From an uncultured cyanobacterium (GTDB lineage: Bacteria > Cyanobacteriota > Cyanobacteriia > CAKZMO01), in the NCBI GenBank assembly GCA_963719515.1, contig CAVRCJ010000010.1, positions 448,001 through 512,000 on the forward strand: DNA of 64,000 nt, in the 5' to 3' direction. Below are positions 1 to 10,496 of this stretch, one piece after another (within the stretch, counting starts at the first letter, position 1; the number at the start of each line of letters is the position of its first letter). A program made the translations under genes and the position numbers. The notes under the pieces are model-generated. The model was given only the letters and a program-made list of their open reading frames with translations. It was not told the DNA's origin and did no database searches.

Positions 1-165
1 CCTACAACATGCGGCGGTGTGACCGACCTATTGGCCGACGTATTGGGTTGCGATGCCCGAAACATTCATCACCGTGGGTTGTAGGGATACGGCGATCGCC
101 CGGTACCGGTACTAATATACTAAATCTACGCGGTTTAATCTATGGTGCCGTCTTGCCAAATACCT

Positions 166-3100
166 TTAAATAACAGCGCCAAGGGCAATCAGCTCATCCC
201 GCTGCGCAGGGGTCAGTCCCCCAACCTCCGTAATCGACGTATCTTCGTAGGGGCGCTTGACCTGATAAGTTTGCAGGCAGGTTGCAGACGCCAGGTCCCA
301 AAGCTTCGCGGTCTCGTCCGCACTGCCGCTAGCAATGCGATACTGCCCTGTCAGGTTGAAGTGCGCCCGGTCAAAGGCGACGGTCAAGACGGGTTTGGTG
401 TGTTCCCTAAGCTCGTTGGTACAGCGGCCCTCCGAGACATCCCAAACCCGGATGGTGCGGTCATAGCTGCTGCTGACAATTTTTTTGCCGTCTGGACTAA
501 TATCGACGCCCCAGACCCAGCCCCGGTGGCCTTCAAACGTTGCTAAGCAGTCGCCCGTTTCGGTATCCCACAGCTTGACCCGTTTATCGGCCCCGCCGCT
601 GACCAACCACGTAGCTTTGCCAGCGCTCTCAGAAGGCTGTACAAACGCTAGGCTATAGATCCAATCGTCATGTCCGGGCAGAATCTTCAGACATTCCCCG
701 GTCTCTACATCCCACAGCCGAATTACTTTGTCGGCTCCTCCAGTGGCAGCCAAGCAGCTATTCGACTGGAACGACAGCGCCCACAGCTGAGTTTGATGCC
801 CCTGCAGAGACCGGAGAAAGGCACCTGTCTTAGCATCCCAAACCATGACTGAGGGCGTAATGCCAACACCCGCCAAAAACCGACCATCGGAGCTAAAGGC
901 GACGGCGCGAATCCAGCCCACTTGCCCCGACAGGGTTTGGAGGCAGGTCCCCGACTGAGTATCCCAAAGCTTGATAGATTGGTCCATGCCAGCGCTCGCC
1001 AATCGGGTACCGGCTGGATCAAAAGCAACAGACCAGATACCGCCGCTGTGGCCGTCCAAAGTGCTTAGGCAAGCCCCCGTTTCAACGTTCCAAAGCCGAG
1101 CCTTAGCATCGTCTGCGCCGGTCGCCAGACAGCTCTTCTCTGGGCAAAAGGCAGCGGTCTGGACGTAGTTCGTGTAGCCCTGCAGCGTCCGCAGGCACTG
1201 TCCCGTTGTGGGAGACCACCACTTCACGGTTTGGTCAAAGCTGCCGCTGGCGATCGCGTTTCCCTGAGGGTGGACGGCGACCATAAACACCTGGCCTCGG
1301 TGGCCCTGCAGGACGCGGCGACAGCTGCCGGTGTTTAGGTGCCACAGCCTCACCGTGTGATCTAAGCTGGCGCTGACCAGCCAGCGACTGTCAGGGCTAA
1401 AGGCTACCGACCACACCTGGTCTTTGTGACCCTGGAGCACCGCAAGGCAGCGACCAGTCGCGATTTGCCAAAGCCGAATGGTCTTATCAGCGCCTGAAGC
1501 GGCGAGCCATTTTCCGTCGGGGCTAAAGGGGGCAGACCACACAGGGCCCATTGCGCCTATGTCAGGTGCGTCTGGGCCAGGTGCGTCTAGGCCAGCTCCC
1601 TCCGGAATACCGCCTTCTAAAATCTGCAGACATTCGCCGTTGTTCACCTGCCAAATTCTCACCGTACCGTCCGTGCTGCCGGTGGCCAATCGCTCTCCCT
1701 CTGGGCTGAAGCTGACGGAGCGAACCCAGCCTCGGTGACCGGTCAACGTCCGGATGCAGTTTCCCTGGAGATCCCAGAGCTTGACGGTCGCGTCGTCGCT
1801 AGCGGTCGCGATAATGCCGCGCGGACTGATGGCGACGTCCCACACAACGCTGGTGTGGCCCTTGATGACGCGATCGCATTGCCCTGTGGAGAGGGTCCAG
1901 ATTCGCATTGAGTAATCCACACCGACACTCACCAAGGTCTGATCATCTGCGCTGAAGGCTAGGGAGGCGACCCAGCCTACATGCCCTTTTAGCGTTTGCG
2001 CAAGCTGCCCCGTTTGGGTGTCCCAGAGGCAAATCTTAGAGGTGGTGTCGCCCGTCGCGAGCCACCGGCCCTGGGGGCTGAACCGCAGGCAAATGATATT
2101 GCCGAAGGTTTGGGCGAAGACCGTATGGTCAAATTCCGAGGCATCAAAGCTGACCCAGTGTAAGGGCGTCGCTCTTAAGTCGGCGTGGCGAATGGTGAGC
2201 TGGGAAAAATCAAATCCGGTGAAGTCGACTCCCATATGCGCTCCCAGGTTGAGGAGATTGCCCGCGCCATAGCCCGACGAAAGAATCGAGCTTTGCCGCA
2301 GGTGCTTCAAGGCGCGATGAAACGGGTCTAGCAGCAGGTGGGGCCGCCTGTAGTAGGGCTGAAGCTTTTGCGCGATCGCCTCTAAGATTAGACGGCGCTG
2401 GCTCTGCTGGACGTAGTCTCGGGCTGTGGTTTTAATTAGGGCATGGGAATCCAGCGGCGAGGGGGCAGCGCCATCCTCCTCGACCGGGGCGTTTGGCGTA
2501 ATCAGGCTCTGGGCGATCGCCTCAACCAACTGCTCGGTGACGAACTCCATGACGACGGGCTGCTGGGTGTACTGGCCTTTGCTGCGCTCCACCAGCGATC
2601 GCCAGCTCAGCGATTCTAGGGCCGTCAGCACGTCGCTGCGCGGCACCGCCGGCACGATGTCGGCCACCAGCTCTAGAATCGAAGTCCATTCACGGTTGAC
2701 CGCCAGCCAATACATAATCGATTTCTCAAGAGGCGAGAGGCGCTCAAACTGCTGCCCAACCAGGCGCTGCAGGCCGTTGAATACCAGCAGGTCAACCTCG
2801 CCAAGAAAGGCGCGAATATCCCCATCGAACAAATTTTGAACCGATGTCGCAACGATTTTTATGGCTAGAGGGTTGTTGCTGTAGCGATCGCAGAGGGTTT
2901 GCTTTTCTGATTCTGAACCCGTTAACCCTTTAGACTGCAGCAGCAGGATTGCCGCCTCTTGCGCTCCCTGTAGTGTCAAGGTTCGCACCGGCAGCGCCGC
3001 CCCCTCTGCCGCCCCCACTTCTGCTGGTTTTTCTCGGCTTGTCAGCAGCAGGCAGCTCTGGTGGCTCACCTCTCCTAAAAGCTGTAGCAGATCGCCGTAG

Positions 3101-3861
3101 CCTCGGTAATTCGCCGCAAACAGGCCCGCACTTTCACCGGAGACCATTAAGGTCTCCATGTTGTCCAAAACGATCAAGCAGCGGTAGCGGCGGAGGTAGT
3201 CTAGAAGCGTTTTGGGGTCACCCTGGATGTCGGCATGGTTCGAGAAGAACTCTACGCACTCTGCCAGCAGGCTGCTGGCGCTGGGGGCATTGCGCAGCGA
3301 TCGCCAAATGACGAACTCAAACTCGCGGCTCACCTGCTGGGCAAACTTGGTCACTAGCGCGGTTTTGCCAATTCCCCCTAGGCCCAGCACGGCCATCACC
3401 CGGCAGCGCTCTTCAATAACCTGCTGCTGCAGGTGTCCCAGCTCTTGCTCTCGTCCCAAAAAGGCGCTGACGTCAACGGCTTCTCCCCAATCTTGCTTTG
3501 CCGAATGAGCGGCGGGCTGCGCCACGTCATCTCCTACGGCGGGCGGCACTGCCGCTGAGGGTTCAGATGCACCACTGGCTGGGGTGGGGCAGTACCGGGC
3601 GACCGCCTCTCTGAAATTGGGCTTACTCACCGGTTCACACAGCGCCTCAGAGAGGCTTTTCCAAAGCTTTGGCCCAATATTGCGCCGCAAGTAGCTAGGG
3701 GAGTATCCCGAGCCGTCTGCGATCGTCTCGTAGGTCTGCCGCTGCCAAGCCCCCTGCAAGACGATGGTTTCTACATCGCTGAGACTACGGGAAAATTTGG
3801 CCTCTATTGCCCGGTTGATGGCGCTTAGAGCCGCTTCAACAGTGAGTTCAGATGACGCCAT
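166..3861 (-). CDS. STAND-family protein: N-terminal HTH-like domain, NB-ARC/NACHT NTPase, pentapeptide-like segment, C-terminal WD40 repeats
   Basis: 1231-aa ORF; Walker A GLGGIGKT, Walker B LIVLDNME, LLLTSRE, NPLAI; more than 12 GH...WD repeats. Confidence 0.92.
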   Translation of the reverse strand: MASSELTVEAALSAINRAIEAKFSRSLSDVETIVLQGAWQRQTYETIADGSGYSPSYLRRNIGPKLWKSLSEALCEPVSKPNFREAVARYCPTPASGASEPSAAVPPAVGDDVAQPAAHSAKQDWGEAVDVSAFLGREQELGHLQQQVIEERCRVMAVLGLGGIGKTALVTKFAQQVSREFEFVIWRSLRNAPSASSLLAECVEFFSNHADIQGDPKTLLDYLRRYRCLIVLDNMETLMVSGESAGLFAANYRGYGDLLQLLGEVSHQSCLLLTSREKPAEVGAAEGAALPVRTLTLQGAQEAAILLLQSKGLTGSESEKQTLCDRYSNNPLAIKIVATSVQNLFDGDIRAFLGEVDLLVFNGLQRLVGQQFERLSPLEKSIMYWLAVNREWTSILELVADIVPAVPRSDVLTALESLSWRSLVERSKGQYTQQPVVMEFVTEQLVEAIAQSLITPNAPVEEDGAAPSPLDSHALIKTTARDYVQQSQRRLILEAIAQKLQPYYRRPHLLLDPFHRALKHLRQSSILSSGYGAGNLLNLGAHMGVDFTGFDFSQLTIRHADLRATPLHWVSFDASEFDHTVFAQTFGNIICLRFSPQGRWLATGDTTSKICLWDTQTGQLAQTLKGHVGWVASLAFSADDQTLVSVGVDYSMRIWTLSTGQCDRVIKGHTSVVWDVAISPRGIIATASDDATVKLWDLQGNCIRTLTGHRGWVRSVSFSPEGERLATGSTDGTVRIWQVNNGECLQILEGGIPEGAGLDAPGPDAPDIGAMGPVWSAPFSPDGKWLAASGADKTIRLWQIATGRCLAVLQGHKDQVWSVAFSPDSRWLVSASLDHTVRLWHLNTGSCRRVLQGHRGQVFMVAVHPQGNAIASGSFDQTVKWWSPTTGQCLRTLQGYTNYVQTAAFCPEKSCLATGADDAKARLWNVETGACLSTLDGHSGGIWSVAFDPAGTRLASAGMDQSIKLWDTQSGTCLQTLSGQVGWIRAVAFSSDGRFLAGVGITPSVMVWDAKTGAFLRSLQGHQTQLWALSFQSNSCLAATGGADKVIRLWDVETGECLKILPGHDDWIYSLAFVQPSESAGKATWLVSGGADKRVKLWDTETGDCLATFEGHRGWVWGVDISPDGKKIVSSSYDRTIRVWDVSEGRCTNELREHTKPVLTVAFDRAHFNLTGQYRIASGSADETAKLWDLASATCLQTYQVKRPYEDTSITEVGGLTPAQRDELIALGAVI

Positions 3862-4401
3862 CGGCAGTGCCGCAATTACTTATCGATATAGCAAACATCC
3901 TGATGTACTGGGACATTTGCGCGCTGTTTTGCCTACGAGATTTGAGGCTTTTGGCCATTTAGTAGGATCCTGGGCAACAGCGCCAACGCAATATGCACTG
4001 AAAGCTTTGCAGTAGAGGGAGTATAGCACTTTGATGCTGGCTCAAAAGTGACTTTAAGTGACAAAGCGGGAAAAGTCACCTTCGAAACTGGCGACCTTTT
4101 AGGTAACGACGGATACAAAAATCAGTTTTAGAGTTGAGTCATCGGGTTGAGAGCCCGGAAGAAAAAACAGCATGCTTTCCCAAGCTAATTGCGGAATTAA
4201 CGTCACAAAAGCAATGACCTATATTCACAATCGCTCAGATTTTTTCTACTCAATTACTGCAAGCATGTACGCGCAAAAGCGTTCCAAGCTAGCGGCCAAG
4301 TGGATTAAGAAGAACGGGAAGCTTATCTGTCAATTGACTGCCGAATAGCAGTGAATTCAAGACCAAAACTAGAACAATCAACACAATCAACGGAGTAAAA
4401 A

Positions 4402-5704
4402 ATGGTTAGCATTCTTGGAACTAACGGCAACAACACGCTTCACGGCACTAACGCTAAAGACTTTATCTACGGATACGCAGGTAACGACGATCTCTACGGT
4501 AATGGTGGCAACGCTCAGTGGTGCAGAAAACTCAAGGAGAGAATATTTGCTCCCAGGATGAGGCCGGATAAGCTCAAAATCATGCCCTCAAATCACGTAA
4601 ATTCGTAGAGGGTAGCCTCGCTGCACTTGCGATCGCAGAAACTGACACTTTTTCAACAATCCTTTAGCCATAGGGGTTTCAGGAGTTTTCTGCACCACCA
4701 AGGGTGGCAACGACACGATTTATGGCCACGCGGGCAACGATTTCATCGATGGAGGTTCCGGCGCCGACCATATGTATGGCGGTAGTGATAACGATACCTA
4801 CATTGTCAATAGCGGCAGCGACACCGTAACCGAGTACGGCGGCGAAGGAATAGACACCGTTAGGTCCTACATCCCCAATTACACCCTTGGCGCTAACGTT
4901 GAGTATCTACAGCTTTCCGGCGCCCCTGCCGTTAACGGCACTGGAAACGGCCTCAACAACTTCATCTACGGCAATAGCAACAACAACATCCTCAAAGGGA
5001 TGGGCGGCAACGACAACCTCTACGGCTTTGGCGGCAATGACTTTCTTGATGGAGGCCCCGGCGTCGATAACATGTACGGGGGCTCCGGCAACGACAGGTA
5101 CATTGTCAACAGCAGTAGCGATAAAGTTGTCGAGGCCAACAACCAAGGCACAGATCAAGTCGATTCCTACATCCACACCTACATTCTTGACAATAACGTT
5201 GAGGGTGTGCAGCTTTTTGGGCCTGCAATTGCAGCTTACGGCAACAGCAAAACGAACGCCTTAGTTGGCAATGCGAACGACAACGTTTTGTCTGGCGGTA
5301 ACGGCGGCAGCAACGTTCTGTCTGGCGGCGCTGGTGACGACACCATCTATGCCGCGTTCGGCAATGACGTCCTCGTTGGCGGCGCAGATGACGATCATCT
5401 GACGGGTGGCGGTGGTTTTGACATCATGACTGGCGGTACCGGCGCTGATGTCTTTGCCTTGGGGATCAAAAACAGTCCCTTGCTTTACACCGGAGTTGAC
5501 TATGCCGTCATCCAGGATTTTTTCTTTTCCGACGGTGACAAGGTTCAGCTCAAAGGGGTGATGAGCGACTACACGGTCATTAAAGGAGTCAACCTTTCGG
5601 GGGGTAATGCCTACGACACGATCATTCAAAGGAACAGCAACACAATCGGCATTATTGAAGATACGACAGTTTTCAGCCTCGGCCTAGATGTGAACTACGT
5701 GTAG
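4402..5704 (+). pseudogene. RTX/hemolysin-type Ca-binding repeat protein interrupted by a MITE (about 367 aa if restored)
   Basis: GGxGND nonapeptides on both sides of the insertion. Removing 4514-4712 joins GGN-DTIYGHAGNDFIDGGSGADHMYGG in frame with ORF 4772-5704. Confidence 0.9.
4514..4702. mobile_element. 189-bp MITE with 20-bp imperfect TIRs and 10-bp TSD
   Basis: Left end CTCAGTGGTGCAGAAAACTC; right end reverse complement CTTGGTGGTGCAGAAAACTC; GGTGGCAACG duplicated at 4504-4513 and 4703-4712. Confidence 0.93.
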
Positions 5705-5736
5705 GGCGATCGCCGTCAATAGAAGACGCTGTCGGA

Positions 5737-5765
5737 AAGGGTGCCCTCTAATCAGGGGCACCCTT
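5737..5765 (+). terminator. Hairpin downstream of the RTX gene (possible terminator)
   Basis: AAGGGTGCCC-N9-GGGCACCCTT inverted repeat; weak U-tract. Confidence 0.45.
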
Positions 5766-5804
5766 CCCGCGTCTCTAGTCGGTGGAGGGTGCGCCCCAAC
5801 AATA

Positions 5805-6023
5805 ATACCGCTGGCGAAATATTTTGTAATGGCATTTGGCGTCTTGCAGGCCCCCTCCGCCCCCAATCCTGGGGGAACCCGAGCAGCGTCTATACCATTG
5901 ACCGCTATTGACTTTGAGGATTTCTGGCCTCTCTGAAGTCCCCCAGAATTGGGGGATTTAGGGGGCCTCTCCGAGGCAGGAAATAGCCAAGATATAGCAA
6001 GACATAAAGTTCGCCAGCGGTAT
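5805..6023. mobile_element. 219-bp MITE-like element with nested CCCCC/GGGGG palindromes
   Basis: Perfect 14-bp TIR ATACCGCTGGCGAA/TTCGCCAGCGGTAT; CAATA duplicated at 5800-5804 and 6024-6028; internal AGGCCCCCT...AGGGGGCCT stem enclosing two CCCCCA..TGGGGG hairpins. Confidence 0.8.
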
Positions 6024-6166
6024 CAATAATAGGGATTGCCTAATGTCAACATATGAAGACGCGCCGCCGCTCTAGCCCCTGTTTTGGCTTTGGGCCTACC
6101 CGTCGAAAGAGGTTTTTTGCGGCTGGTTTCACTACAGTCAAACTATAGCCGCTAGCCCTACCTCGT

Positions 6167-7066
6167 ATGGACCTCTCCCTGCAACCCCATCGCTCCTTTC
6201 AAGGGCGTCTCTACGACGCTTTCCTGCTGCTCGCCGTCTACTCCAACTTATGGGTAGCCGCGGCGATCGCCTCCTTGGTCCCCTTCGTGCAGATGACTCT
6301 CGGTCTCGCTCTAGACTGGCGGCCCATCGCTCTAATTTTCGCCTCAGCTTTGGTGCCTTACTTGCTTGATCGCTTGGTAGACGCCTATGGGCAAAGAATT
6401 CCCGACTGGCGCGCTCAGGCTTTTTTCAGGCAGCCTGTTAGCCTAGCTCTATTTGCGATCGCCAGCCTGATGACCGCTACGCTGATCTACAGCGCCCCGT
6501 CCCAGGTCCAGGTTGTCTGTTTGGGCGGGCTAGTGCCGCTGCTCTACGGACTGCCGCTGTTTCCAGGACGTAGCCAAGACGGCGCGCGCTGGTATCGTCT
6601 CAAGGACATTCCGGGGTCGAAAGCCTGGATTGTCTGCGGCACTATCACCTATGCCCTGCTCGCTGTTCCGCTAGCCTACGCCAATGAATCCGTCAGCCCT
6701 GCCGTTGTGGCTGTCGCGCTGTTTTTGCTGGCGTTCATCGGCAGCAATTCTCACGTGTTTGACATTCGCGATATCCAGTCAGATCGGCGCAATGGGGTTA
6801 TGACTATGCCAGTGCTGCTCGGCACCTGGAACACGCGTTGGATGCTGACGGCGCTGAATCTGGCCATGCTGGGGGGGTTGGTTTTAATCCAGTGGCAGGG
6901 GAGAGAGGGACCGGCTTTGAGCGTCGTGTTTCCGGCTACGGCGGTCACGGTAGCCTATGTGTGGTTGATTAATCCCCGCACGCCGCGAAATATTTACAAC
7001 GTTTGGGTGGATGGCGCGCTATTTTTGCCGCTGGTACTGTCGATTGGAAATCGACTATCGATTTAG
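6167..7066 (+). CDS. UbiA-family prenyltransferase
   Basis: Multi-TM 299 aa; YLLDR, RLKDIP and FDIRDIQSDRRNGVMTMP aspartate-rich motifs. Confidence 0.8.
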   Translation: MDLSLQPHRSFQGRLYDAFLLLAVYSNLWVAAAIASLVPFVQMTLGLALDWRPIALIFASALVPYLLDRLVDAYGQRIPDWRAQAFFRQPVSLALFAIASLMTATLIYSAPSQVQVVCLGGLVPLLYGLPLFPGRSQDGARWYRLKDIPGSKAWIVCGTITYALLAVPLAYANESVSPAVVAVALFLLAFIGSNSHVFDIRDIQSDRRNGVMTMPVLLGTWNTRWMLTALNLAMLGGLVLIQWQGREGPALSVVFPATAVTVAYVWLINPRTPRNIYNVWVDGALFLPLVLSIGNRLSI

Positions 7067-7276
7067 ATAGTTTCAATGCAGTTTTGACAATATTGAGCCC
7101 CTTTTGAGTCCGCAAGCTTTACCAAAGATTAAATTTTTAGATTAAATTTTCCTCAGTTTGCGGAACCTCGTTTTCCACGAACGAAAGCTTAGCTTGTCCA
7201 CACTAAAATTATGTGTAGGTGGGGATTCGAATTGACTCGGCTGAAAGATTAAGTACACCACAATTTTGTTAACTGT

Positions 7277-7681
7277 ATGACTGGTGACAACTCATCGAAC
7301 CAAGCAGCGCTAAGCCCAGCATCCGTAGAGTTGGCTGCGGCGGCAGAACCTGCTGAGAGCACAGCTCGAGAGACGCTTCTAGCGGAGCCAGCAACGAGCG
7401 ATGTCGAGCTGCCTCAGGGTGGGGCAGGGCTAACCTTTGGCGTCATGATTGCGACGGCTCTAGCCGTCTTGTTGGGGCGATCGCTGCTGAGGCCAAAACG
7501 TCGGCCAGTGAAGGTGAGCCATCGCCGCCAGCGGCTGCCCTGCGAGACCTGCCGCTTCAAGGGAGACAATATCCATCTGCGCTGTGCGGTGCACCCCTAT
7601 AAAGCGATGACGGCAGAGGCAATGGACTGCCCGGACTATTGGGCCAAAGATAGCGATCGCTTTGAGCAGTCTCGGCGATAG
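7277..7681 (+). CDS. Hypothetical single-TM protein with C-terminal Cys motif (CxxC...RCAVHP...CxD)
   Basis: 134-aa ORF with one hydrophobic helix and four spaced Cys. Confidence 0.65.
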   Translation: MTGDNSSNQAALSPASVELAAAAEPAESTARETLLAEPATSDVELPQGGAGLTFGVMIATALAVLLGRSLLRPKRRPVKVSHRRQRLPCETCRFKGDNIHLRCAVHPYKAMTAEAMDCPDYWAKDSDRFEQSRR

Positions 7682-7723
7682 GGGTTGAGGCAATGAATAT
7701 TATGCCGTTGGGAGCCATGAGCC

Positions 7724-9127
7724 TCAGGGGCTATACTGCACCCGGTAAATGCGCCCGTTCATCTCCTCGGTCACGAGCAAGCTGCCGTCGGGCATCACTA
7801 GGAGACCGACGGGGCGACCCCAAGTATCAGGGCCGGTGGGGTTGACCAAAAAGCCGGTCATAAAGTCTTCGTAATGGCCCACAGGACGGTTGTCTTGGCC
7901 AAAGGGAATATGGACGAGTTTGTAGCCCGTGCCTTGGCTGCGGTTCCAGGATCCGCGAAAGGCGGCAAACGCGCCGTTTCGGTAGGGTTCAGGAAAGGTG
8001 TCGCCGTCGTAAAACTGCAGACCTAGGGCGGCGGAGTGAGACTGAAACAACACGTCCGGCATCCGGGTCTGAGCGGCGAGCTCAGGATTGCTGCTGCGGT
8101 TGCCCTCGGTTTGGCGGGGGTCAAGGCGATCGGGGGTGAGGTAAGTGTAGGGCCAGCCATAGAACTCGCCCTGGCGGATGCGGGTGAAGTAGTCGGGGAC
8201 TAGATCATCTCCTAACCCATCGCGCTCATTGACGTTGGTATACAGCTCTCCGGTGACGGGGTGAAAATCGAGGCCAACGGGATTACGCAGGCCGTAGGCG
8301 AAGGTCTCCTGGTCGCTGCCGTCGAGGGCCAGGCGCTGTACTGAGGCGCGGGGCAAAGGCTCAGCGGTGACGTTAGAGCGCGAGCCAATGGAAACGTAGA
8401 GGGTCTTGCCGTCGGGGGCGACAACCACGTTACGGGTCCAGTGCTGGTTGTAGCCGCCGCCGGGCAGCTTGGCAATTTGATCGCCCCTTCCCTGGAGTGC
8501 CTGCCCGGTGTAACCATAGCGGCGCACCTCGTCGGTGTTTCCTAAAAAGAAGCTATCGCCGGTAAAAGCCATGCCAAAGGGAATGTTCAGCCCGTTTGTA
8601 GCGTTGGCGAATACGGTTTTTCCGTCGGCGACGCCGTCTCCGTCACTGTCCTGCAGCCGCTGGATGCGGTTTTCCCGCGTCTCGGTGACCAGCACGTCGC
8701 CTTCGGGGGTAAGCGCTAGCCAGCGGGGGCGATCGAGGTTCTCGGCAAAGACGTTGACGGTAAAGCCGTCCGGAACCTGAAGCACAGGGTTCTCTGGAAC
8801 GGGAATGACGTTGGGAGATCTAGAGGCGCTCTGGGTGGCGTAAGGTTCGGGAAGGTCTTCTAAGCCGACGCGAATGGGCTCAGGGGAGAGGGGCTGGGTG
8901 GCGATGAGGCTACTTTGGGGCGGCTTGGCGGGCTCATCGGCGGACGGGACGCTGCTGGGGTCGTCGGCTTGGTCAACGACGACCTGACTATCGTCTGCGC
9001 TGTCTGCAGACGATTGAGAGGTAGGCGATTTAGAGGTCTGGGCGCTGGGTGGCGCTGGGGACGAGCAGGCTGCTAGGAGTCCGAGCAAGCCGATAGCTAG
9101 GGAATGCTTAACGGAAAGATAGGCCAT
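7724..9127 (-). CDS. PQQ-dependent sugar/sorbosone dehydrogenase family lipoprotein
   Basis: Lipobox LLAAC; GLRNPVGL, VNERDGLGDDLVPDY, GSWNR, GRPVG motifs; ATG at 9127 chosen as start. Confidence 0.88.
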   Translation of the reverse strand: MAYLSVKHSLAIGLLGLLAACSSPAPPSAQTSKSPTSQSSADSADDSQVVVDQADDPSSVPSADEPAKPPQSSLIATQPLSPEPIRVGLEDLPEPYATQSASRSPNVIPVPENPVLQVPDGFTVNVFAENLDRPRWLALTPEGDVLVTETRENRIQRLQDSDGDGVADGKTVFANATNGLNIPFGMAFTGDSFFLGNTDEVRRYGYTGQALQGRGDQIAKLPGGGYNQHWTRNVVVAPDGKTLYVSIGSRSNVTAEPLPRASVQRLALDGSDQETFAYGLRNPVGLDFHPVTGELYTNVNERDGLGDDLVPDYFTRIRQGEFYGWPYTYLTPDRLDPRQTEGNRSSNPELAAQTRMPDVLFQSHSAALGLQFYDGDTFPEPYRNGAFAAFRGSWNRSQGTGYKLVHIPFGQDNRPVGHYEDFMTGFLVNPTGPDTWGRPVGLLVMPDGSLLVTEEMNGRIYRVQYSP

Positions 9128-9229
9128 GAGATCCGGTGAGCTACGTGAGTAACAGCTAACTCTATTGTGCCTAGCGGCTCGTGATGCTGGGTGGGTCAGT
9201 GGACAAAAGGTATTGCCAAAGAGCTTGCT

Positions 9230-9403
9230 ATGAGTCAACGCTCACCGCCGTTTCTGCTGCGCTTTCTCAAGGCTTATTTCCTACAGAGGAAATATGACGG
9301 ACCGCCCTGGCTGCGGCTGTATCGGTTTACGCTGCTGCGGGAGTGGGTGGATGAGCTGACGGATCGCCATAGTGAGCGGAAGGCGGCGGCGGAGCAGGCG
9401 TTG
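9230..9403 (+). pseudogene. Possible 5' fragment of a truncated gene (MSQRSPPFLL...AAAEQAL)
   Basis: GC3-rich codons up to the point where the opposite-strand RcnA-like reading loses family-like sequence. Confidence 0.35.
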
Positions 9404-10496
9404 CACCGCTGCAGGGTACGGAGCCAATGGCGAGCGATAGCCAATCGCTCATGCGCTTCGGTTCTATACAGGTGACACAGGAGCAGTCGATCGTAGTAGG
9501 GGGTACGCGCTGAGCCTCCATCACCTGCTGAGTTAGATTGGGATACAGCACCGAGTCAGTTCCTTTGTCCTCCCTCTTATCCTCAAAGTGGCTTAGCTCC
9601 TGCGCTGGCCTTGAGCTGTGCTGCCGGGGAATGGCTCGCCAGAGCATCCAGCCGCCAACGATTAAAATTGCACCATAGCTCACCAGCTTCACCACCCGAT
9701 AATTTTCTGGTGCGCTCTGGCGTAGCACTAGGTTGAGCAGTAGCGCCACGACAATGGCCGACAGGACGTGGAAAACTGCAATCCGAGTTCCCATAGTGAG
9801 CCCTCGCCGCAAGCTCCCGCCCTCACCAATAAAGTAGGCAATAATAATCGCTTTGCCATGCCCTGGCCCTAACGTATGGAGCACACCATAGCTAAAGGCA
9901 ATCAGCAGCCCCAATAGAAAGGCCTTGGGCGATCGCTGACGCTGAACATTTCCCACAGCCTCGGTAAGTAATGCTGACGCTCTCGCCTGTAAGCGCTGCC
10001 ACCAGGGCCCAGAGGGTAATGAGCGCTCAAGTGACGACGTCACGCCTGGGCCGCGGGGCGTTTCGGAAAAAGTCAGGTGATCGAGGGTGAGGGTATAGTT
10101 CACTTCAACCGGACGCGATCCATCCACCCGAAACAACTCGTAGGTTGCCGATTGAGATTGCAGTTCTCCTTCTACGATGACTTGGGTAAACAGGCCTGGT
10201 GCCGTCAGTGCCTGCTCTGGTTAAATATAAATGATTTGGTTGGGTGGCGGCGGAGGCACATGGATACAGGCTCCAACATAAGGAACGAGAAAAAAATCTG
10301 TTACCTGATTAGTTCGATTCAGGGTCAGCGGCAATACATAGCCTTCAAGCTGTATTGTTTGCCCTGTCCACTGTGGGTTGGTAGCGCGAGATTGCTGTTG
10401 CCAGTAAGTCCGCGCCTGGTCCACCTGGGACAACAGCGCCGCCACATCTAGGCCTTGAGCTCGAAGCTTTTTTTCGAGCTGTACTATCTCCTGTGC

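Noticed and set aside
10130..10225. Frameshift or programmed readthrough in the DUF3299-RcnA gene
   Set aside because: Frames are continuous. A single TAA in an already IS-disrupted gene is best explained as decay.
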